From an uncultured Myxococcales bacterium (lineage in GTDB: Bacteria > Myxococcota_A > UBA9042), in the NCBI GenBank assembly GCA_903840165.1, contig CAIMEY010000089.1, forward strand, positions 20,313-84,312: a DNA stretch of 64,000 nt. The letters run 5' to 3'. Within the stretch, counting starts at the first letter, position 1, and every line of letters starts with the position of its first letter. Made by a program: the position numbers and the translations under genes. The notes below the pieces were generated by a model, which made no database searches, was not told where the DNA came from, and saw only the letters and a list, made by a program, of their open reading frames with translations. Positions 50,085 to 57,807 of the stretch are shown here, one piece after another.

Positions 50085-51173
50085 GTGAATAGCAACCAGA
50101 TGCGCAGTCAACGCCTTGATAATGACCAAGATCCGACCGGAGACGACGTGCCAGAGGTTCATGCGACCTTGGGCATCGGCGCGCTGTCGAAGGCGACGGG
50201 GGTGCCTGTCGAGACCCTGCGAACCTGGGAAAGGCGCTACGGATTCCCGCGGGCTGAGCGCGAGGCCTCTGGGCAGCGCACCTACGACCTGCCAACGCGG
50301 CAACGCCTTCTTCTGATTAAGGAAATCCTACAGCAGGGTCTGAGGCCAGCTCGGGTCCTGCCCCTGCCCATGGCCGAGTTGATGCGCTTGGTTCAGCCGG
50401 GTCCGCCTCGCCCGAATGCAGACAGTCAAGAGCCTGATAATAAGACGTTAAGCGAGCAAGGTCGTCCTCTGCCGAACCGTGGTGAGGGCGCGGAAACGCG
50501 CGAGGACCGGCGTAGCGATCCCGTACGTGGGTTGAACGCCACGCCGACGCGCACCCAACTGATTATCGACTACTGGCTGGAACTGGTCCGCCGCTTTGAC
50601 AGCGCTGCCCTGGCCGATGAACTGACGCGGGCATGGAACCACTCGGGAACCGTCGCTTTTCTCGATGACGTCGCCAGCCCGTTCATGACCGCCGTCGGTG
50701 CGGCTTGGGCTAATGGTGAACTGTCCGAGGTTCATGAACACTTTGCCTCCGAGCACTTGCGCGCCAAGCTGATCGATGTCACCGGGCCGACCAATGCCGA
50801 GGCCCCGACGGTGGTTTGCGCCACGCTGCCCGGCGAGCAACACAGCCTTGGGCTGCAAATGGCGGCTTTAACCCTGCGGATCGCGGGGTTGCGGGTCGTG
50901 TACTTGGGCACCGATCTGCCGATTCGGGGTCTGGCGCGGACGATTGTCGAACTGCAGCGAATTGGCGAGGTTCGGGCGATGCTCGTCAGCGTCTCTCTGG
51001 CCGTCGAGGCGACCCACTCGCGCAACCAGTTGTCCCAACTGCGAAGTCTGGTGCCGGAGTCGGTGTTGGTGCTGGCAGGCGGCGGCGGTCTGCCCTCTGG
51101 CGTTGCCGGGATTGTCGAGCCGGGGAGCCTGCGCAACCTACTGGATTGGGCGCGCGGACAAGTGCCTGGCTAG
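50085..51173 (+). CDS. MerR-family regulator with a C-terminal cobalamin-binding domain (CarH/LitR-type photoreceptor regulator)
   Basis: MerR HTH: IGALSKATGVPVETLRTWERRYGFP. Wx9EH motif: WANGELSEVHEH (50706-50741). B12-binding ExHxxG: GEQHSLG (50835-50852), followed by a Rossmann-like segment. Confidence 0.85.
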   Translation: MNSNQMRSQRLDNDQDPTGDDVPEVHATLGIGALSKATGVPVETLRTWERRYGFPRAEREASGQRTYDLPTRQRLLLIKEILQQGLRPARVLPLPMAELMRLVQPGPPRPNADSQEPDNKTLSEQGRPLPNRGEGAETREDRRSDPVRGLNATPTRTQLIIDYWLELVRRFDSAALADELTRAWNHSGTVAFLDDVASPFMTAVGAAWANGELSEVHEHFASEHLRAKLIDVTGPTNAEAPTVVCATLPGEQHSLGLQMAALTLRIAGLRVVYLGTDLPIRGLARTIVELQRIGEVRAMLVSVSLAVEATHSRNQLSQLRSLVPESVLVLAGGGGLPSGVAGIVEPGSLRNLLDWARGQVPG

Positions 51174-51262
51174 CACATTGAGCCTTGTACTTATTGGCTT
51201 TTCTAGTAAGTGCCCTCACTGCGCCAGTCGGGTGGGGGTCAAGGACGGAGCATCTGGCCAGG

Positions 51263-52417
51263 CTATAGCCCGCTCGGTAACACCTCGGCAGGCACCTCGT
51301 GGCGCAGCACCGTGCCATCGGGCAAGGTCCCGCCGTGGGTGCGTAAATCCCCGTAAATCCAAGCTGAATCGCCCTTCTTGAAGTGGTAATCCAGTGCTCC
51401 GACCACAATCTTCCACACGCCGTACCAGTCCAGGGCGTCCAAATGGCTCAGCGGCGTCGCCATGTCCGCGATACCACCGTTCTTTCCTTCGATGGCCCCC
51501 GGGAACATGTGGTCCGCAGTCAAGGTCGGCGCCGTCGGTGGATTGAGGGCGTCAGCCGGGCCGCTACCATGTAGCAAGATGATTTGCTTGCCTTTTGCCG
51601 GCGATAAGTCAAAGAGCGCTTGGGTATTCGGCTTGGTCGGATCGGCGTACGGCGCGATGGTATCCGCCTGCCCGGCCAAGTAGGTGACCCAAAAGGTATT
51701 GCCGGGCCATTGCTTTACAAATTCGCGGGCATCCACATAGTCACCGATAGGAGGTGGCGTGTTTTCGACCGCCATGGGCAGCAGCAGGTCCGGGTCGGCG
51801 TACGCATTGGCTGTGTCGAGCGTTGTCGCCTTTGCCCCTGCGATCACAATGACTTTGGCCCCCATGGAATGCCCCGCATAGGCAATGCGCGTTGGGTCGG
51901 CCTTGGGCTGCAGCGCCAGGGCCGCTTGCAGGGCGCTCAGGAAATCATCGGCCATTCGCGCATGGTCACCGTCGAGGATATCCTGCTCAACACGCACAAA
52001 AACAACTACATAGCCCTTGCGCGCCACATGTTCGAGCATGGGGCGGTACACATGCGCCAGTTGCACCTGCCCCGGCGCCACGGTCCCTTCATACAGCTGT
52101 TTTCCATGGACAAAAGCCAGCACTGGGTAGGGCCCCGGCCCATCCGGCGTGTAGATGAGGCAGGGCCGCTGCGCCGCACCGAGAGCCACCTCTTGCACGG
52201 TCACCGTTTCAGCGTAGGTGGAACTGCCGGGCTGATTGCCCGTGGGCTGTTGGGCAATCGGGCAATTGCCACATGGATCTAAGGCTTTGCCGTCACCGTT
52301 CACGATATCGACCGCGTCCGTTGCGTCCCCAGACCCTTGAGTCGACGGCGGTGATTGGCAGGCAATGAGCGCACCGAACATCGCACCCAGCATCGCAATT
52401 AGCAGGTACCTCAGCAT
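51263..52417 (-). CDS. Secreted alpha/beta-hydrolase lipoprotein
   Basis: Lipobox FGALIACQ, nucleophile elbow AYAGHSMGAKV (GxSxG), and an upstream oxyanion-like AFVHGK. Confidence 0.65.
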   Translation of the reverse strand: MLRYLLIAMLGAMFGALIACQSPPSTQGSGDATDAVDIVNGDGKALDPCGNCPIAQQPTGNQPGSSTYAETVTVQEVALGAAQRPCLIYTPDGPGPYPVLAFVHGKQLYEGTVAPGQVQLAHVYRPMLEHVARKGYVVVFVRVEQDILDGDHARMADDFLSALQAALALQPKADPTRIAYAGHSMGAKVIVIAGAKATTLDTANAYADPDLLLPMAVENTPPPIGDYVDAREFVKQWPGNTFWVTYLAGQADTIAPYADPTKPNTQALFDLSPAKGKQIILLHGSGPADALNPPTAPTLTADHMFPGAIEGKNGGIADMATPLSHLDALDWYGVWKIVVGALDYHFKKGDSAWIYGDLRTHGGTLPDGTVLRHEVPAEVLPSGL

Positions 52418-52702
52418 TTCCTATCCCCGTGCAATGGGCCTCGCGGGCATGGACACGCGCAGCCCGGCGTAGGCGTGCGCACCACGTTGCCGATTGAGCG
52501 CAGCTTGGTCAACTCCGTCCAGACATGGCGACGTCTAACCGACTATTTTGCAACCACTCTTTCGTCCATTCGTGCACGATTGCCATCGGGCTTGAGGCCT
52601 CGACTGTGACGCATGATGGGCAGCCACCGACCGCGCCCAAAACCTTGACATCCCAAGCCAATCGCTGACAGTCACCACCTCTACCGGGCGCGCGCGGCCC
52701 GA

Positions 52703-53437
52703 TTGAACAGGACTTCAATGCGACCGCAGCTGCCCTTGTCGGCCAAACACCTTCTGGTTTTGAGCATTTTCGCGGCGTTCGCGCCCGCGCTGCCGAGGGT
52801 GGCTAGGGCCGAGTCCCTGGTCTGCGACCGCTTGATCGATGATTTTTCCACAAATACGCCCGGTTCTTGGCCCAAAGGCTGGCGAGAGCGCGACGGCGGC
52901 ACGGCCGAAGAAGCCCTCAAGCACAGCCGCTACGCCGTGGAACAAGCCTCTGGTTTCAAAGCATTACGCGGCACCTATGGCGACAAATCGGTGACCATCG
53001 GCCGCAGCATCGCCAACTGGGATCTCAAGCAATACCCGATCCTACAGTGGCGCTGGCAGGCCGTTCGCCTCCCCAAAGGCGGCGACGAGACCCGCAGCGG
53101 GCACAATGATACCGCGGCATCGGTCTACGTCTTTTGGAAAGCGTCCTGGCCCTTTCGCGTGCAAAGTCTGAAGTTTACGTGGAGTTCCACAAAACCCGTG
53201 GGCACCCATGTCGACCGCGGGATGGGCCACTACCATGTTCGCGTGCTCGAAAGTGGCGCGGGCCATGTCGGGCAGTGGCAGACCGTGCAAGCCGACGTGC
53301 GCACCGAGGCAATCCTGCGTTTTGGCGAAGATATCGGCATTCCGTACGGCATTGCCATCCTCACCGATGGGGATGACACCGAGAGCCCGTCCGAGGCCCT
53401 CTATGCCGAGTTCCGGCTGTGTCGAAAAAACCCTTGA
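52703..53437 (+). CDS. DUF3047 domain protein (secreted)
   Basis: Has a signal peptide. LQWRWQAVRLPKGGDETRSGHNDTAASVYVFW matches the DUF3047 core as I remember it. Confidence 0.65.
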   Translation: MNRTSMRPQLPLSAKHLLVLSIFAAFAPALPRVARAESLVCDRLIDDFSTNTPGSWPKGWRERDGGTAEEALKHSRYAVEQASGFKALRGTYGDKSVTIGRSIANWDLKQYPILQWRWQAVRLPKGGDETRSGHNDTAASVYVFWKASWPFRVQSLKFTWSSTKPVGTHVDRGMGHYHVRVLESGAGHVGQWQTVQADVRTEAILRFGEDIGIPYGIAILTDGDDTESPSEALYAEFRLCRKNP

Positions 53438-53449
53438 TTTTATAGCAAA

Positions 53450-54886
53450 TTAGGGCACAGCGGGCGTGGGCAGGGACCAATTGCCCCCTGGGTCGATATC
53501 GCAACCCACGGCAAATAGGACTTCAGCCCGAGCCACCAGCACATCACGCAACCCTTCGTAATGCGTGCGCTTGGCCTGAACAAACGCCACCAAACCATCC
53601 ATGACGTCGCGCGCCTCGCCCGTGCCCGTCGTATAGGCCGCCGCAGCGAAGGTCAGCCACCGTTGGGCCGCCTTGACCTGCGCGGTGGTGCCTTGGGCCA
53701 GTTCGATTTGCCGATTGAAATCCGCTAACGATTTACGCACTTGCAGCGGAATTCCCGACGCAGCAAACCGCGCCTGGGCCTGCACTTCCTGCCCCATCGC
53801 CTTCGCCGCCGCCGAGCGAGCCATGGCCGCCATCGGGTCGAAATTCCACAAGAATCCAACGGCAATTCCACCCGCAATGATGTTGTACGGGTCGTAGTGA
53901 TACGGATTGGGGTCATCGTCGCGATTGGGCGTCCAACCGAGCTCTAGCTGACCACCCACGGCCAAAACCGGAGCATTGGCGCGCAGTTCCGCCTTGGCCA
54001 GAGCCTCCGTCGCCCGCAGACCATGGTCGATCTGCTGCCATTCCGGCCTTTGCTGCGCCGCCCACTGCAGCAGGGCCTCGCGCGGTGGCAGCGTGGCGAT
54101 GTCGTCACTGTTGGGCAACCGAGCCTGGGCAAGAGTTAGGGTCATTTCATCAGGCATATCGAGTGCTTGCTTGAGCGCCTGCCGCGCCAGGTCTGCGCCG
54201 TCTTGGGCCAACCGATGAAGGCGAGCCACTTCCAACTGCCCGTAACTCAAGCGATCCAAGTCGACTTGGGTCACCTTGCCAGTGCCTTCCGCGTAGAGTT
54301 CCTGAGCGCGGTTGAGGGCATCGCCAACGGTGGTGCGCGCGAACTCAAGGGTGGGCACAAGGCTGCGTGCGTACAAGTGAATTGCGTACAGCCGGCGAAT
54401 TTCCAAGGCCAAAATATTGCGGGCTTCGCGCACACGCGCCGATTCGACAAGGGCCCGCTGTTTGGCTGCAGTTTCGCCCGCTTCCACGCGGCCAAAGCTA
54501 TAGATCGGCCAGGCCAAGGTTGCCTGCAGACGCGCATAGGGCCCCCAGGCCTTGGGCGCAAAATCATAAGAAACACGCGGCTCTGCGCCTGTTCCCTTGA
54601 CCGCAAAGGTCGGAGCTACAAAGCCGAGGGCATTGAGCTTGGGCCAGTAGGTCGATTCCACTTCCGCCAAGCGGGCTTCCCACTGCCGCACCCGCGCCTG
54701 GGCCTCAGCAACCTTGGGCGAATGCGACAAAGCCCATCGCACACAACCTTCGGCATCTAATGGTGTTGTTGGGCCCCCAACTCCGTCAGCGTGCGCGGTG
54801 CTGGCCGACCCGTACGTGCCCGCTAGCGTCAGCAAGACCGCGATCAGGCGACCGAGCGCAGGCCTTCGATCTGCTGTCACGATCAC
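53450..54886 (-). CDS. TolC-family outer-membrane efflux protein
   Basis: 478 aa with a signal peptide and two repeated long helical / beta-barrel halves of OEP-family composition. It has a GTG start and overlaps the upstream gene by 4 nt. Confidence 0.7.
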   Translation of the reverse strand: MIVTADRRPALGRLIAVLLTLAGTYGSASTAHADGVGGPTTPLDAEGCVRWALSHSPKVAEAQARVRQWEARLAEVESTYWPKLNALGFVAPTFAVKGTGAEPRVSYDFAPKAWGPYARLQATLAWPIYSFGRVEAGETAAKQRALVESARVREARNILALEIRRLYAIHLYARSLVPTLEFARTTVGDALNRAQELYAEGTGKVTQVDLDRLSYGQLEVARLHRLAQDGADLARQALKQALDMPDEMTLTLAQARLPNSDDIATLPPREALLQWAAQQRPEWQQIDHGLRATEALAKAELRANAPVLAVGGQLELGWTPNRDDDPNPYHYDPYNIIAGGIAVGFLWNFDPMAAMARSAAAKAMGQEVQAQARFAASGIPLQVRKSLADFNRQIELAQGTTAQVKAAQRWLTFAAAAYTTGTGEARDVMDGLVAFVQAKRTHYEGLRDVLVARAEVLFAVGCDIDPGGNWSLPTPAVP

Positions 54887-55542
54887 GGCGCCGCCTCGCC
54901 GCGCTTCTTGCGTTCATCGTCAAAGCGCGATTGAAGCTTCTTGAGCAGCCCGGCCACCCCATCCTTGGCGAGAATCTTCCCGAATTGATTACGGTAATCG
55001 GCGACAAGCGACGCGCCGTCAAAGCGCACATCGGCCACCAGCCACTGCCCCTTGGACTGCTGCCAGTGGAAGGTCACGTCGGTTTCCAGGTCCTCCGCTT
55101 CCTTGCGGGCGTGCACGATCACATCGGCCTGATCTGCCTGAGCCGGCCCCGCTTTGGCCGTCCAAGTCGCGCCACGCAGGGCATCGGGATAGGCGACGAG
55201 GCGAATCAACTCCCAAAAAAGCTGAACATACTTCGCCATTTGCGGAGCAGCGAACTGGGCCTTGTACGGTGCAATGGCCTCGGCGGTGAGGGCGTCACGA
55301 TCGAAGAAGGCATCGAGCTGCTTGTAGACATCGCGATTGGCCTTTTTCACCGCATCGCTCCGGGTTTGGCCCGGTTGAGCGTGCTGCACTGACTCGAACG
55401 TCCGCATCAGAGCCTGGGTGCGGACCAGGGGCGCATCGGCGGCGCTCAGGGGACGGACCAGAGAAATCATCAACAATATCAAGAGGATTTGCAGTCGCAT
55501 GGGGCTTTCCTTGGGCCAGTTGCCGGCGTGGTTGTACGCCAT
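54883..55542 (-). CDS. MlaC/Ttg2D-like periplasmic lipid-binding protein
   Basis: Has a signal peptide. The C-terminal WLVADVRFDGASLVADYRNQFGKILAKDGVAGLLKKLQ fits the MlaC family consensus. Confidence 0.68.
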   Translation of the reverse strand: MAYNHAGNWPKESPMRLQILLILLMISLVRPLSAADAPLVRTQALMRTFESVQHAQPGQTRSDAVKKANRDVYKQLDAFFDRDALTAEAIAPYKAQFAAPQMAKYVQLFWELIRLVAYPDALRGATWTAKAGPAQADQADVIVHARKEAEDLETDVTFHWQQSKGQWLVADVRFDGASLVADYRNQFGKILAKDGVAGLLKKLQSRFDDERKKRGEAAP

Positions 55543-55723
55543 CGGGGCCGCTCAAGCAACGCGATGCACTTGCACATCATTCAACTAGGCACAGCAGGTC
55601 CGCCGCCCGGGCCGGCGCCGCTGTAAAAATGCGGGGTTGACCTCGGTGCGTCGAGCGTAGCTACAAAGTATTGTTAAGCGCCTTGACGGAAAGCCCGACC
55701 GTCCCTACCTTGCTTTCGCCGAA

Positions 55724-55739
55724 TTGAACGCGTGTTCAA
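55724..55739. promoter_or_regulatory. Inverted repeat TTGAAC-GCGT-GTTCAA in the divergent mlaC-like/tetR intergenic region; candidate TetR operator
   Basis: Six-bp perfect arms at 55724-55729 and 55734-55739, about 180 nt from each divergent start codon. Confidence 0.35.
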
Positions 55740-55917
55740 ATCGGTGAACAATGATCAAGCCGGGGTGAAGCGAGCGCCCATCGCTGGCTTTGCATCCGGG
55801 GCCGCTCTGGCTGCCCATCCGCAACCGCGCGCAACGACTGGTTGGCCCTCTGCCCGCTAGGATGGCTTTGACCCTGCGCCCGACCTGAACTGAACTTTCG
55901 CTAGGCTGGACCCCACT

Positions 55918-56559
55918 TTGACTCGAGTCGCCGCCACTTCTGACGATCGCCGCAGCCGGGAAATCGGTCGGACCCAGGAGGACATCCTGCACGCCGCGGC
56001 CAAGGTGTACGCATCGCACGGCTTTGAAGGTACGACGATTCGGCGCATCGCGGAAGAAGCTGGGTATACGCCTGCAGCGTTGTACTCGTACTTTGAAGGG
56101 AAAGAGCAAATCTTTCGCGGTCTTGTCCAACGCATGCAGCAGTCTCTTCTGGACACATTTGCAGAGCGCCAACCCACCGGCGTGGACTTTGCCCACCGCC
56201 TAGAGCTTTTGCTGCTGCGGCAGATGGAATCGGTCCAGAATCAGTGGCAGGCTTGCGTCGTATTCTTCCTGCTGCGGTCGCCGGGAACGGATGCTGATTC
56301 GGGCAGCCTAGCCGATAAGCACGCGGGATTTCCGGCGTTTCATCAGGCCATGAGCCAGTGGTTGCTTGACGCAGGTGCCAAAGAAGCCATTGCCGTCCCA
56401 GCGGACGAAGCCGCGGACATCTTGGTCGGTCTGACCTACGCGATGTTTCGCCGGTGGCTACGCAATCGAGGCCCTGAGCCTTTGTCCGATGTGGCCCCAA
56501 GGATTGTAAATTTATTTCTTCATGGCGCGGCGGGTGCCGGTCGCCAAGTGCCTAGCTAG
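55918..56559 (+). CDS. TetR/AcrR-family transcriptional regulator
   Basis: N-terminal HTH: TQEDILHAAAKVYASHGFEGTTIRRIAEEAGYTPAALYSYFEGKEQIF. Confidence 0.85.
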   Translation: MTRVAATSDDRRSREIGRTQEDILHAAAKVYASHGFEGTTIRRIAEEAGYTPAALYSYFEGKEQIFRGLVQRMQQSLLDTFAERQPTGVDFAHRLELLLLRQMESVQNQWQACVVFFLLRSPGTDADSGSLADKHAGFPAFHQAMSQWLLDAGAKEAIAVPADEAADILVGLTYAMFRRWLRNRGPEPLSDVAPRIVNLFLHGAAGAGRQVPS

Positions 56560-56684
56560 CATTGCGCCTAGCTTGCTGTTTGTTTCTGGCCCCGCACAGG
56601 CGGAGCCCATTGCCAATCGCCAGGCCTCTGCATCGGTAGATTTGCAGTCGACATGGCAATTCCCCTTGCCTTTCACGGAGTATC

Positions 56685-57803
56685 ATGAAAACGATTCGGA
56701 TTGCCATCGCTGGCCTGGGCAACTGCGCGAGTTCGCTTATCCAGGGCATTACCTACTACCGCGACCGCGACTTGGATGAGACTGCAGGCCTGATGCACTC
56801 GGAGATCGGCGGCTACAAGCCAAGTGATTTGGAAGTCGTGGCGGCATTCGACATCGACCGCCGCAAGGTGGGCCAACCTGTTGAAATTGCAATGTTCGAG
56901 CAGCCAAACTGTACCACGGTGTTCCAAAAGGAGATCCCGCCCACTGGCGTGATCGTCCAGATGGGACCGATCCTCGACGGTATTGCCGTACACATGGCGA
57001 AGTACCCGGATCGCCAGGCTTTCCGCGCTTCGGACGCGACGCCCGTCGATGTCACCGCGGTGCTCAAGGAGCGCAAGGTCGACGTGCTGGTCTGCTACAT
57101 GCCGGTAGGCAGCGAGCAGGCCGTGCGCTACTACGCTGAGGCAGCCCTGGATTCTGGTTGCGGATTCGTCAATTGCGTTCCCGTGTTTATCGCTTCGGAC
57201 GCCATCTTCGCGGCCAAGTTTGCGGCCCGCGGCCTGCCCATCGTCGGCGACGACATCAAGAGTCAGTTCGGCGCGACCATCTTGCACCGCATGCTGGTTC
57301 GCTTGATGGGCGATCGCGGCGTGCAAGTGCAGCGCACCTACCAGCTCAACACCGGTGGCAATACGGACTTCCTCAACATGCTTGAGCGCACCCGCTTGGA
57401 AAGCAAGAAGATTTCCAAGACCGAGTCGGTGCAGTCCCAGCTCGATGTGCGCCTGGACGATGACAACATCCACGTCGGCCCGTCGGACTACGTTCCATGG
57501 CAGAAAGACAACAAGCTCTGCTTCTTGCGCGTGGAATGGGACGGCTTTGGTGGCGTGCCAATGAACCTCGAAGCTCGCCTGAGCGTTGAGGATTCGCCGA
57601 ATTCGGCAGGCGTTGCTGTCGACGCGATTCGCTGCTGCAAGGTGGCTTTGGAACGCGGCATCGGTGGTCCGTTGCACGCGGTGTCGTCCTACACGATGAA
57701 GCACCCGCCGATTCAGATGCGCGACTCGGAAGCCCGTGACCAACTCAACGCGTTCATTGCGGAATCCTCTCCTCGCTCAACGGTAGCTTGGCAGGCTGCC
57801 TAA
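56685..57803 (+). CDS. ino1: myo-Inositol-1-phosphate synthase (bacterial/archaeal type)
   Basis: IRIAIAGLGNCASSLIQGITYY resembles the mycobacterial Ino1 N-terminus. Also GDDIKSQFGAT and the SYxMKHPP C-terminus. Confidence 0.9.
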   Translation: MKTIRIAIAGLGNCASSLIQGITYYRDRDLDETAGLMHSEIGGYKPSDLEVVAAFDIDRRKVGQPVEIAMFEQPNCTTVFQKEIPPTGVIVQMGPILDGIAVHMAKYPDRQAFRASDATPVDVTAVLKERKVDVLVCYMPVGSEQAVRYYAEAALDSGCGFVNCVPVFIASDAIFAAKFAARGLPIVGDDIKSQFGATILHRMLVRLMGDRGVQVQRTYQLNTGGNTDFLNMLERTRLESKKISKTESVQSQLDVRLDDDNIHVGPSDYVPWQKDNKLCFLRVEWDGFGGVPMNLEARLSVEDSPNSAGVAVDAIRCCKVALERGIGGPLHAVSSYTMKHPPIQMRDSEARDQLNAFIAESSPRSTVAWQAA

Positions 57804-57807
57804 GCCA

